Part shown: positions 43,723-57,387 of the stretch, one piece after another | Position numbering within the stretch: position 1 is the stretch's first letter | Layout: each line of letters starts with the position of its first letter | Assembly (NCBI RefSeq): GCF_006345805.1 | Contig: NC_043004.1 | Location: 60,636,001-60,700,000 of the forward strand | From: Octopus sinensis | Taxonomy: Eukaryota | DNA: 64,000 bases | Direction: 5' to 3' | Notes under the pieces: generated by a model | What the model was told of the DNA's origin: nothing | Seen by the model: only the letters and a program-made list of their open reading frames with translations | Database searches by the model: none | Translations under genes and position numbers: made by a program

Positions 43723-43780
43723 AGGAAGCTCCTGATGATTTCTTTTGAATGAAACAGTTCTAGTCCTGTAGAAGCTCCTT
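43723..43780 (+). ncRNA. Type I hammerhead ribozyme within a ~55-bp-arm hairpin
   Basis: AGGAAGCTC-CTGATGA-tTTC-TTTT-GAAt-GAA-ACAG-TTCTAGTC-CTGT-A-GAAGCTCCT; GUA triplet. Confidence 0.72.
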
Positions 43781-43855
43781 CTAAAAATAAATTAATTTAC
43801 TCTGCTATGTATTGAGTACCTTATTTACTGTGGTTAACCCCGACTCAACTCGGGA

Positions 43856-43903
<48 letters not shown>

Positions 43904-44380
43904 ATATATACGTAAAGAGAGAGGGAGTGAGAGAAGTCTATATATCTTGCTTAACGTGGATATTCGTTAAGAACGCCATAAACTGAGGTGTTGATCTTTA
44001 GAATACAGCTCATATACAAATTACAGAGCTAAAAGTACAGAAGTATGAGGAATGGAAGAAAAATGCCAAGTAAGGGCGGCGGAACAGCTACACGACGGGA
44101 ATTCTACGTATTTCCCTGTCATCACCAGGGAAATATGTCTCCACATATATATATATAAACAGAATGAGATTAAAATCCAGGGCTGTGAAAGATTTCAGAA
44201 CATTTATAAAGAGGTCTTACAGCTGTTTCCATGATATTTTATATATCCCTTCATCGGAGACGGTGTGAGAAAATGGTTGAGCAATAGTTATTCTAGATAA
44301 GATATGAAATAGAGAGTGAAGTGTTTAAATATACACTATATCGTATGAGTAATATATAGTCTTCTTGAATAATTTTTTTT

Positions 44381-45001
<621 letters not shown>

Positions 45002-45006
45002 GTAGG

Positions 45007-45089
<83 letters not shown>

Positions 45090-45889
45090 GTAGGTAGGTA
45101 GGTAGGTAGGTAGATAGATAATGAATGCATTTTCTCTGCTCAATGAAACGTTAGCACCGGGTGCAGATGACATGCAAAGTTGGGTGAGAAATTAAGCAAG
45201 CATGCATCACTTATATCGATATGTGTAATATTTACAATCATATGCGGTGTGATACTGATTAGCTTAGATAATAAAGAAACTAGCTATAAGAAGGATCACA
45301 TGTGATATGCAAGAGACAGGTTGCTTTAATTGTGACATCTAATGCGTATAGATGACAGCAGGTAAGGAAAGATATGCAAAGATATCAACAAAAAAAAAAC
45401 TGAGAAAAAGAAAGATGACGATGAAATAAATAATTTAACTTTGTGTTAGTAAGAGTCCATTCAATCTATGAAAGTGGGCGTGAAAATAAAGACGATTACT
45501 CCATCCACTACTCTATTTTATATCATTTTCTAAGATGGTAGAATGTGATTTGAAGATTTGGCTGCTTTTTATTATCATGAACAATCACCATTTAAGACTG
45601 ATCGTTGGGTTTTTCTTGTTGTTTACTCGAATTTCCTAAAAGCTGATTATACGAATGAATTAATTATGATTGCTGTTGCTGCTGTTGTTCAATGAGTTAT
45701 CGACAAAATCTTATTCTTGTTTTGCCTCTAATTTGCCCTCTATATTGTTTTCCCTATTTCTTCGATCATATATGTGTGCGTGTGTGTGTGTGCGCGTGAA
45801 TTAAGGCTACCATTGGTTTTCACAAAATAAAGAAATAATATCCACCAATGTTGTGTTGAACATTCATTTTCATCGTTCGACATTTACGC

Positions 45890-46034
<145 letters not shown>

Positions 46035-46085
46035 TAGATAGCATTATTAAATCTCAGAACGAGATGTAAACAGTAATCGCTCGAC

Positions 46086-46395
46086 AATGTAAAGTATAAA
46101 AGCCATCTTAATATGGCTAACCACAAAGGGGAGGTGTTACTGTAGCTTTTAGCCCCAGGAGATCATCGTCTCCAGCTGGCTCCGCCCGTTGATAAGAGAC
46201 AATAATCTCGAAACCGGTCCGGTGCGTATCACTTAGGCTTACGAGGAAGGGATGGTTTCCCTTTGCAAATACCTTAAGAGCACAGAAAGTGTGTCTAAAG
46301 CCAGCTTGAGACAATGATCTACTGGGGCTAAAAAGCTACAGTAACTCCCACCCTTAGTGGTTAGCCATATTGAGATGGCTTTTATACTTTACATT
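46086..46395. repeat. Inverted repeat, ~95-bp arms, spacer with degenerate hammerhead
   Basis: AATGTAAAGTATAAAAGCCATC... / ...GATGGCTTTTATACTTTACATT. Confidence 0.88.
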
Positions 46396-46461
46396 ATATA
46401 GATATATAGATATATATAGATAAATATACATACATACATACATACATACGTACATACATAT

Positions 46462-46675
46462 ATATAAGACGGATGACCACTACGTGGATAATCCTTATGC
46501 TAGAAGTAGATACGCTATGGTCATACCACTAAGAAAGGAATGTTGTCAAGAAAATTTAGCAAAAGCCATAACGTTTGCTAAATTTTCTTGGGAACATTCC
46601 TTTCTTAGTGGTAATACCATAGCGGATCTACTTCTAGCAAAAAGGTTGTCCACGTAGTGGTCATTCCTCTTATAT
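46462..46675. repeat. Fold-back, ~100-bp diverged arms, ~10-nt loop
   Basis: ...AAGAAAATTTAGCAAA-AGCCATAACG-TTTGCTAAATTTTCTT... Confidence 0.88.
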
Positions 46676-46769
46676 GTATGTAATATAATTTGCTGTACTA
46701 CCAGATTTTAATATGCTAGACCACTGGTTTTAAATTGATACTAGTCAAATTAATATTCAATGTTTGACC

Positions 46770-46814
<45 letters not shown>

Positions 46815-47204
46815 GCATAACACTTTCCCCATTCTTATTTGTTAGTCACGTCCTTCCACGTTTTTCTTTTGCTTTCTTCATTCTTTCATCTACCTGTTCT
46901 TATATTTCTGTCACTCTTTGTCAGTATCACCGTTCCTCTTATTCTTTTCTCACCCTTTCTCTTTCATATCTCGTCCTGCTTCTCTCACATCTCTCTGTCC
47001 CTATCACTCTTTGTCTCTCTCTTGTACTCTTTCTGTATCTCTATCTCCCCCCCCCCTCTCTCTCTTCCTGCATCATGACTTCCCACCAATCCCCCACTTG
47101 TGCACTTTTAAAAGTGATCGATGGATTACTGTTACCATAGCAGACATTAACTAGAAACGAAAGCCACAATTTTTGGTTTGTACTATTGTCACTTTTGCGA
47201 ATGC

Positions 47205-47237
<33 letters not shown>

Positions 47238-47933
47238 CGCTGCCGTTGCTACGGCAATTGTTGTTCCTTTTGTTGTTTATCCATAAGGCAGATCGATCGT
47301 AATCCAACCGAGACCATATCGTCTTTCCTCTTCTTTTCACTTAGTGTATCTTCGACACATTATCCAATATGCATTGCCCTTTTTCTAACGATGGTTCAAT
47401 GGTTTGATATGTGGAAGACTTGGCTACCATTTCTAGCATATTAAAAGAGTACGAAGATACTCCTTCATCGGCTTTAGCATCTGTTTCTTCTCTAGTTTCA
47501 ATTTCTGTTGTTGTATTTGTTGTTGTTGCTGCTGCTGCTGTTGCTGTTATTGTTGTTTTGTTGTTGTTAGTGGTGGTGGTGGTAAATTTTATATTGTGTA
47601 CATAAATTTATTGTTTCCTCTACAGACACAGTTGTTGCTTTCATTGCTCTTATTGATATTTTGTTGGTGTTTAACCCTTGGCCATCTTTGATCGAAATGA
47701 CCCATCATCAAACATTCATAATCGTTTTGTCGTTTCTTTCAATTTATGAATATTCAAAATAACTCCATTCATCTTTGCATTTTCTCTTCATTTCGTCTAA
47801 AGAGTTGGATGTGATTTGATATAGATTTAGCAGTCATTTCTTGCAAGTCAAGTGATCTAATATTGAAGTTGTTATTATTATTGTTACTACAATTGATTGT
47901 ACTGTCGGTGTTGTTGTTGTTCAAATTTTACAT

Positions 47934-48130
47934 AGCGCAGGAGTGGCTGTGTAGTAAGTAGCTTGTTTACCAACCGCATGGTTCCGGGTTCAGTCCCACT
48001 GCGTAGCACCTTGGGCCAGTGTCTTCTACTATAGCCTCGGGCCAACCAAAGCCTTCTGAGTGGATCTGGTAGACGGAAACTGAAAGAAGCCCGTCGTATA
48101 TATGTATATATATATATACATATATATATG

Positions 48131-48172
<42 letters not shown>

Positions 48173-48180
48173 CTTGTGTG
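47934..48180 (+). mobile_element. 5' half of main SINE
   Basis: AGCGCAGGAGTGGCTGTG...GAAAGAAGCCCGTCG. Confidence 0.85.
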
Positions 48181-48459
48181 TCGGAGGAATTTCAACTCAG
48201 AACGTAGCGGCAGACGAAATACCGAAAAGCCTTTTGCTCAGCGTGGAAACGATTCTGCTAGTTCTCCTCTTGTAGAAGCAAATTATATTACATATTGTTA
48301 ATGCTGTAATTGTTGTGTTGCTGTTGTTGTTATTGCAGTTGTTGTTGATATGGATGTAGTAATTGTTGTTAGTGTTCTATATAGCACGTATATTACCACT
48401 CTTGCTTCTGGTAAAGTTATATTTGTTGTAGCTGTTATTGTTGTTGTTCATTGTTACTA

Positions 48460-49009
48460 TTGGGTTGTCCGGAAAGCTCGTGCCGATTTATAGTAGCCTA
48501 CCTTTCAACTTATTTCAGTAAAATAGGATTTGACTACACTTCCATTTAGAGCACAGTTTAAGCTATATTTTCGTGGAAGAAGTTCTATGTTCCTATAATC
48601 TGTGTTAATTCTGTAACCCTTTAAAACGGAAGATAAGAAAGTCCATTTTCGGCACTTGATGCTTTGGGAACCAGACAAAAATTGCTGCAGCTCGGCTGGG
48701 ATGTGTTACCCCACCTTCTAAATTCACCAGATATTGCTCCTTCGGATTTCCACTTATTCAGGTCTCTGCAGAATAGTCTTAATGGTAATAATTTCAATTC
48801 CTTGGATGACGTAAAAAGATACCTTGATGAATTATTTGCTATGAAACCACCTCAATTCTGAGAAGAGGCTATTTTCAAGGTAAAGGAAAGATGGAGACGC
48901 ATTTTGCAACAAAATGGTTCATATTTGGTTGATTAAAAATGTATTGGTAAGTATTTATTGACCTTTTTCTTGCCTTTAAAAATCGGCACGAACTTTCCGG
49001 ACAACCCAA
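48460..49009 (+). mobile_element. Internally deleted mariner (DD34D) element, 550 bp, with TIRs and TA target duplication
   Basis: TA|TTGGGTTGTCCGGAAAG...CTTTCCGGACAACCCAA|TA; remnant NSPDIAPSDFHLFRSL. Confidence 0.92.
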
Positions 49010-49708
49010 TACTAATGTTATTCGTGGAGTGATTGTTGCTGATATTGTAGTTATTGTTGATGCTGTTTTTGTGGTTGTTGTTGACGTTGCTATTTCTGCT
49101 GCTGCTACTGCTGCTGCTGCTGTTGCTGTTACTAATGTTGCTATGGAGACTTGGATGTGTTTAATAGTAATGGAGTATGTCATGAATGTGAGAAGTGTTC
49201 TGATGATTGGTTGTAACTATGGTGCTGGTTGCAGCAGTGTGTTAAAGATGGTGGTGGAGGTTGCGGTGGTAGTGATTACGGTGATCATCATGATCATCAT
49301 TATGATCATGCTGATGATGATGATGAGGAGGAGGAGGAGGAGGAAGAGGGGAAGGGGAGGAGGAAGAAATGCTGGTTATCGTTGTCATTTTTGAACCCTT
49401 GGTGGGGCCAGACTGAGCAGATCTTTGATCAAAGGGATGCTAACCATGACCACGACGTCCATCTCTCGAATATTGTATAGGTAGGACGACATTCCTTCTA
49501 TTTCCAGAAACTGTAGGATGTAATTTGTGTAAAATTTGATTGCTACTTCCTGCGGGTAGATTGACCGTTTAATGAATCCCTTTCACAGTTCAATAATGAC
49601 ACCGTGGCTGAAGATTGCGCCATAGTTGACATTGTGACAAGAGGGAGGTAATTCTAGTGACAATATATATGGTAATTTTGAAGTTTGATGACATTATAAT
49701 GACGTAAG

Positions 49709-49754
<46 letters not shown>

Positions 49755-49769
49755 TCTTTTAATTGTTTC

Positions 49770-49992
49770 ATTTATTGAACTGTAGACGTACTGGGGAACT
49801 GCCTTGAAGATTTTTGTCAAACAAATTGGCCCCAGTACTCTTTTTAAAGCTTGTTAATTATTCTTTTGGTCTCCTTTTGTCGAACTGCTATTTATGAGGA
49901 CGTGAACGAAATAAAACTAATACCGGTTGTTAACCAGTGGTGGGGAATAAAGATAGAGACAGACACACCAAAACACACACACACACACACCA

Positions 49993-50068
<76 letters not shown>

Positions 50069-50207
50069 TCTAGTTTCTGTCTCTCAATTCCGCTCACGTT
50101 ATTTCGTCGGGCCAGGGCTAAAGTAGAAGACAATTGCCCAAGGTACCAGGTAGCGAGACTGAAGTCGTAACCATGTGGTTGAGCAGCAAGCATCTTACCA
50201 CGCAGCC
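49770..50207 (-). mobile_element. Diverged main SINE
   Basis: Reverse-complement head at ~50075-50207 and 3' half at ~49770-49975. Confidence 0.65.
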
Positions 50208-50828
50208 ACATCAGAATACATGTGTGCGTGCTTGCGCGCGTTCGTATGACAGTGTCAGTAACGTACAGAAGTGTAAAAGATTAAGAACCTTGCACTAATC
50301 AGCGAAAACCAAATTCAACTACATCACCATTCCCTCTTCTCTATTGCCTGGTTATGTTGTTTATGACTATGATAGTATTACTGACAGTGAACGATAATGT
50401 AAATATGGATCAAGAGTGACAGGAGTGGGGGCGATGACGTCGAAACACCGGTGTGAGCGTTAGTGCTCCTGCCATTGGCGTTGCTGCTGTCACTGTTGAT
50501 TGTTTGTCGCTAATAGCTCCATTGTTTCCAACGCTATTTTGAAATAATTCAGTCACTTAGGCTGCTTGCCACCTATTTGAGACATTTAGGGAGTGGCTGT
50601 GTGTGATGTATCGCTTTGCCTAGAATGATATATGCCTCTGTTTCTATATACACCGGCAATATTTGATCCCACTTCCCCTTCATGTACAGAGGAAAGAAGG
50701 AGTTGTGGATGAAAGAGGCAGGAAGTGGAAGGAGAGATGAAGGAGTAATAACTGAGTAACTCAAACTTATTACTTTACTGGTATTTATTGTAGGTGCTTG
50801 GATGGCTTGCCCAATGACTTATTGACTT

Positions 50829-50937
<109 letters not shown>

Positions 50938-52139
50938 AAAAAGAGGCCGAGGAAGGGCGAATGGCACCGCGAGTGTCGCGTTGCTCTCTAGCAACTCTGC
51001 CGTCCTGGGTCGACCTTGAGTGACTTCAACACAACCAAAGCATTCTATAGGGGAATAGTGGAGGAGAGGTACGACGACGAGCTCGGGGCGAACCTGGATG
51101 TCGACGAGGAGTACCTGACCCGCCTGTTCAGGACGACTTTCGGACCAGGGCCCATGGACAACTTCCAGAGATCCCTGACCTGGCAGTGCTACCGAGAAGC
51201 GCAACCCGTTCGGGATAAGCTCTACAGACACGGCTCGAGAAACACGGGGCCGACCTGCCCGAGATGTGGTCAGAGCGACGAAACCGTTCTGCACGCACTC
51301 GTGCAGTGTCCAACAATTTCCGACCTGTGGGCTTATGTCGAACAACTGCTGTCACGTGTGGGACGAGTCGGTTTATCAGCTGAGTCTATCGTCAATATTG
51401 TCACGCCTCCTTCCTTCAAATGGGAAGGAAGAGCTATTTTCATCGTCCTTGTGGCTATGGCAAAAGAATGTATCTGGTGGACGCGTCTGAAAGGATTGGA
51501 GACAAACACTTTCCTCTCTGGTCAATCTCTCATCAACTTCTTCAAGTACCACTTGAAAAGGAAAGTGAGAGTAGAGAGGCAAGTTTTGTCTAGCGAATGT
51601 TTTAAAAAAAGATGGGTGAATGTAGCAAGAATGGCACGTATGAATGACGAAGCCACCTTGAGCATAATCCTATGAACACAGAAATTGAAAACAGAGCGTT
51701 TCCCACTTGCAAACAAATGTGGTAACATATAACAATATTGACCAAGGTTACCGTGGTCTTTTTCGTAGGCTTTTCTTCCCACGGATAAACCTTACTTGCT
51801 TTCCCCTTTACACCATATATCATAACACTGTGATACACGATCCCTATTGATCGTTTTTTTTTCCTCTTCCCCTTTTTTTCCCCTTTTTCTTCTTTTTTCA
51901 TTTCTCCTTTCTTTTGTTCCTTTTCCTCTTCTTATTTTTATTTTTATTTTTTATATTTTTATTTTTTTTTAATATCTTTTTTGTTCTTTTCTTCCCTTTT
52001 ACGATCCCTCTTGATCGAAAACCTACGCCACCCCTTTTTTTGTTTCTTTTGTTTTTTGTTTTTTTCATCCCCCAAAAGAAAAGCTCTACCTTGTAACTTG
52101 TCCCATCTGTGTGCAGCCCTGTGTGGCCAATAAAGAAAC
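50938..52139 (+). mobile_element. 5'-truncated Tx1 copy (zinc-finger region + 3' UTR)
   Basis: Matches ~7066-7805; ends GGCCAATAAAGAAAC; (TATC)n on both sides. Confidence 0.93.
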
Positions 52140-52484
52140 TTATCTATCTATCTATCTGTCTGTCTGTCTGTCTGTCTATCTATCCATCCATCTATCTATT
52201 CATCAAATGTATGTTCGTAAATATGTATGCATGTATTTTTGAACGCACAACGGCATATATAGTAATCTTACACACACACACACACACATACATACACACA
52301 CACACACACACACATACACACACGCACACACACACATATTCATATATATGTATGTATGTCTGTGAGTATGTATAGTAAGATGTTTGCTTCCCACTTTGGG
52401 CTAATATCTTATCGTAGAAGCTGGTCGTTTATGAGTGTATGTTTGGATGTCTGCGTATTTTTGTGGTTTTGATTATCATATAGC

Positions 52485-52637
52485 ACCCGCTTGAGAACCG
52501 TTGTTGGTGTGTTTACGTCCCCGTAACCTAACGGTTAGGCAAAAGATACCGATAAAATAAGTTCAAGGCTTTAGAAAATCATAAGACTGGGATCGATTCG
52601 TTTCAATAAAATTCTGCATAGTCTGAAACAAGTAAAA
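52485..52637 (+). mobile_element. Diverged 3' half of main SINE
   Basis: CTTGAGAACCG..GTGTTTACGTCCCCG..GAAACAAGTAAAA. Confidence 0.7.
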
Positions 52638-54085
52638 AAAAATATATATATATATATGTATATATATATAAAATCTTATGTCCCCGCCGTGAGGCTTTAC
52701 TTCCACACACGCCAGCTTAATTTAATTCGTCCATAGTCGAAAGACACCTATTGTTATGTCCTGTTATTTGCATTTGTGTTTGTGTGACATTTCCCCGTTT
52801 TTTTTCGTCCTTGTTTTCATATATATTCGCTGCTTTCTTCCAAGGAATCTAATGCTCTTAGCTTAGTTTTCCTTAGCGCTGACGAGATTGGAGTAATCTC
52901 GAGTATAACCAGCAGAAATTGCAAAGATAATCTGCAAATCTTTGTATCGTACGTCTGTTTGTTTTGTCTCATTTTTTGTATCACCTAGAAGTCTGGATGT
53001 TTTGCGTTCTGGTCCCATATTTTTATTGTTTATATATAAAAATATCGTGGCGTACATGCACTTTGGTCTCTTATATGTAAGTATATATATATATCTAAAT
53101 TTTGTACGACTCTATTATTCTTTCTATTCTTTCATTCTTTCCTTCTTTCTATCAGCCCTTTCACACTTCGTTCATTCCACTCTTCGTTCTTTCATTCCCC
53201 CTCTCTCACATTTCCTGGCCTTCTCTTCATGCTCACTTTTCTTCCTATTTCACTTCTCTCTGTCCCTTACCTTTTTTTCTTGCCCCTCCTTAATTCTTCT
53301 ATCCCTCTGCCTCTACATCTCTCTCTTCTCTCCCCGCGTGACCGATGTTCAACCAAGTCTGACCTTTCTTTCTTGGTTCGAGAGAGAGAGAGAGAAAGAG
53401 AGAGATGTATGTTCGTATGTAGGTGAGCACATCAGAGAATGGACCAGACTGTGAGCTGTTGCTATACCGGCTGGCCAAAATGTGCTTGGAATTGTTTCGC
53501 GAGTTAGCCAGTTAGGTCAAGATATATATATATATATAATACATAAACGTTAAACCCTCCTTCTTTCCTTCTTTCCTGAGCGTCCAATAATGCTATATTT
53601 GTTCCGCGTCCTCGCGTTGTGTTTTCATGTTTGGATTAACTCTACATATATACATGTTGTTGTTTTGTCTCATTTGGTCTAAAGTCGTATGACAACCATC
53701 GTTATATATGTTTTGTTTTTTCATTACTGTTTTCAATTTCGTTTTCGTCTCTTGTATTCACATCCGTCTTGTGCGTTCACATTCCTGTCTTCTACCAAGA
53801 AATCTAATGCTTACAGCTTAGTTTTTTTTTTTTTTTTCTTGGGGCTGGCCGAGTTGGAGCAAATATCAGAATTGAACAGCCGAAATTTGCTATGATGATT
53901 CGGTGTCTGACTGAAGATTGAAGGCTTCGAATGATTTGTCTGTGTTCCGTGTTCGTCCCTTCCTGTATTTCACGTTCATTATATATAAAAACATTCATTC
54001 TTATATATGTATGTATATGTATGTATGCATATATACATGCATATATATATATATATACATATATATTATATATATATATATATAA

Positions 54086-54167
<82 letters not shown>

Positions 54168-54235
54168 CTATAATATATATATATATTATATATATTATAT
54201 ATATACATATATACATATATACATATATATATATA

Positions 54236-54273
<38 letters not shown>

Positions 54274-54352
54274 ATAAATGGCGGTGCCCCAGCATGGCCA
54301 CAGCTCGTGAGCCGAAACTAGAATCAATCATATATATATATATATATATAGA

Positions 54353-54653
54353 CAAGGAAATATTGTAAAAAGGCAGTATGCTAAACTGAAAGAAAATTTT
54401 AATGAAAATGGGTATATGGAAAATTTTTAAAAATCGATAAAATATATTAATTCAAAAATATGGAACGCTTCACGAATTGCGTGTCATCCTTGCGTGGCCC
54501 CTGCACAAGGATGACACGCAAGTTCGTGAAGCGTTCCATATTTTGAATTAATATATATATATATTTTATCAATTTTTCAAAATTTTCCATACACCCATTT
54601 TCATTAAAATTTTCTTTCGACTTAGCATTCTGCTTTTTTACAATTTTTCCTTG
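54353..54653. repeat. Fold-back (~140-bp arms) centred on a U6 snRNA 3' fragment
   Basis: CAAGGAAATATTGTAAAAA... / ...TTTTTACAATTTTTCCTTG; diverged arms; TA-flanked. Confidence 0.9.
54495..54544 (+). pseudogene. U6: U6 snRNA 3'-half fragment (second, inverted copy at 54454-54494)
   Basis: TGGCCCCTGCACAAGGATGACACGCAAGTTCGTGAAGCGTTCCATATTTT matches the conserved metazoan U6 3' end with 2 substitutions, compared from memory. Confidence 0.9.
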
Positions 54654-54701
54654 CCTATGATTTCTCCACGTGCGGTCATACAACCCCACCATTTATTGAT
54701 T

Positions 54702-54762
<61 letters not shown>

Positions 54763-54799
54763 GTGTATATATATATATATATGTATATACATAATATAC

Positions 54800-54830
<31 letters not shown>

Positions 54831-54939
54831 AAAGCAATTAAGATTCAAGTAAATTCCAATGAATTTACTTGAATGTGGTACTTAACTTAGATGCACCAGA
54901 AAAACTATATGGTGTTAACCATACAGTAATGTGGGGTGA

Positions 54940-55105
54940 TTATAAACGAGAAAGAAGCAACAAGGATGGATTAGTTTTTAGTACAATTGTTTCATACAAA
55001 GACAGGCTTTATTACAAGTTGCAAAAATTGCAGCAGATAAAAAAGCCTGTCTTTGTATGAAACAATTGTACTAAAAACTAATCCATTCTTGTTGCTTCTT
55101 TCTCG

Positions 55106-55110
<5 letters not shown>
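54940..55110. repeat. Inverted repeat, ~70-bp arms
   Basis: GAGAAAGAAGCAACAAGGATGGATTAG... / ...CTAATCCATTCTTGTTGCTTCTTTCTC; related to ~43510-43600. Confidence 0.88.
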
Positions 55111-55143
<33 letters not shown>

Positions 55144-55334
55144 TAGATAGATAGATAGATAGATATATAGATATATAGATATATAGATATATATATATAC
55201 ACATACATATATACATACATACATATACAAACACGCACACACACACACTTTTATATACATATATGCACATACGTACACACATATACAGCAAGACCACAGG
55301 CAAATGACAGAAACAAAACAAATAAAGAAAATGT

Positions 55335-55968
55335 AAAGTAATGTTTGTCGCCACTTCAACATGGCTGTTCCGAATGAAACTACGTTACTGCCATTCTTTT
55401 AACTCCAGGAGAATATCTTCTCCAGCTGGTTAACGAAATAACCTCTATCCGATATATAGCAAACTGGGAAGCGAACTCCTACCATCTAGCGGTTTCAGGG
55501 TATTTCCCTTCCTCAGTACTGGATACTTGTCTGCTAGAAATGGCTGTCGTTCGTCCTAGCTCGCAATACATAGTAAAATAAGCGACATTCAGCCGCCAAT
55601 CTTGCAGCAAGCAACGTAGCTAGTTCTAAATCTCTATAAGAGATGTAAGTAATAACAATATTGGAAAGTAATGTTTGTCGTCACTTCAACATGACTCTTC
55701 CGTATGGAACTACGTTACTGCAATTTTTTTAACCCCATGAGAATATCTTCTCCAGCAGGTTAACGACACAACCTGTGTCCGGTATGTGGCAAACTGTGAA
55801 GTGAACAGCCACCATCTAGCAGTTTGATGGAATCAGTGACCACCCTGATTGCAGTATATCAGACACAGGTTGTGTCGTTAACAAGCTGGAGGAGATATTC
55901 TCCTGGATTAAAAAAAATATGGTAGTAATGTAGTTTCGTACGGAACAGCCATATTGAAGTGACAATGC
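55335..55968. repeat. Two direct ~150-bp copies 330 bp apart plus an inverted partial copy
   Basis: AAAGTAATGTTTGTCG at 55335 and 55665; reverse complement at ~55857-55968. Confidence 0.8.
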
Positions 55969-56099
55969 TGAGGATAATGCTCGACCACATACAGTGAGTA
56001 TGACATTCCAAAGGGTGTAATGGGAAACAATACTCACCGGACATTACCCCATCTGATTATCATTTATTCCGCAATGTTCAAAATCATTCGGACGGAAAA

Positions 56100-56258
56100 A
56101 TTATGAATTCGTAGACAAGGTCAGAACGTTGCTGGAGGAGCATTTTTCGTCACGGAAAGTGGATTTTGGAAAATGGGCTTCGGAAATCTACCAGATAGAT
56201 GGAAGAGCATATGTTTTAGATTAAAATAAGAAACCGGATTACTTATGGGATGACCCGA
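56100..56258 (+). mobile_element. Mariner 3' end with right TIR
   Basis: CGGATTACTTATGGGATGACCCGA|TA; the matching left-type TIR TA|TTGGGTCATCCCATAA is at 58487. Confidence 0.6.
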
Positions 56259-56288
56259 TATATATATATATATATATAAATACATACA

Positions 56289-56380
<92 letters not shown>

Positions 56381-56381
56381 C

Positions 56382-56425
<44 letters not shown>

Positions 56426-56633
56426 ATGTATGTATGTATGTATATATATACATACAACTAACATTTACGTATGTATAAATGTGTCTATTACGTTTGAATT
56501 TTTGTGCATATGTGTATGCACTTATCTAAGAAGATACATGACTACCTAACAATAATGATGGACAGATAGATAAATAGTTAGATAGACAGACATACAGACA
56601 GACAGATAGATAGATAGATAGATAGATAAATAA

Positions 56634-56709
<76 letters not shown>

Positions 56710-57282
56710 TTTGACAGGGTGGTAAGCATGAATAATTAGATAAATAGAAATTCAGCGAATATATCAGTATAGTTAAGGAAAAGAATTCAGTCACACTCTC
56801 TTCCGTTGAACACGCAAATTTAGTGTTTCTTCACAATTTTATGTTGAGAAGTACGACTTTAAGACATCTTAATTCAACTATATTAAAGGGAAATTAGAGA
56901 TTAGGTGAGATATTTGTTATATATCCAGTCGTCTTTGGAATGATAGGTCTATTATTATAGTTTCCTGAGTTATCGTGTGGTGACACTGAATATCGTTAAA
57001 TAAATAATGGCGACCAGTAACTATTTATATACGTGCACAAATATATAACTAGTATTGTTTGCGAAGTTGAACAAAAATAGAATATTAAATCTTTATTAAA
57101 TCTACTTAATTACCGCTCTAGGTCGTCAGCGATTGCTGCGGTCTATAAATATAAATAGATCGATTTCTAACATATGCACAAGACCTTGGGGTGAAATATA
57201 AAATATTTAAACAGGCGTCTTTAGTATTTCGTTGATAAACTTGTTTATTTTTCTTTCTTATATATATGTATATACATACATG

Positions 57283-57322
<40 letters not shown>

Positions 57323-57333
57323 TAGATAAATAG

Positions 57334-57387
<54 letters not shown>

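Noticed and set aside
50430-50455. GATGA-CGTC-GAAA-CACCGGTGT hammerhead-like string
   Set aside because: Core mismatch, no stem II pairing, wrong cleavage triplet and no stem I.
52876-52915. CTGACGA followed by a small stem
   Set aside because: Lacks the GAAA and stem III.
55335-55968. Search for a hammerhead in the 330-bp repeat
   Set aside because: GAAACTACGT is present but no CUGANGA was found on either strand.
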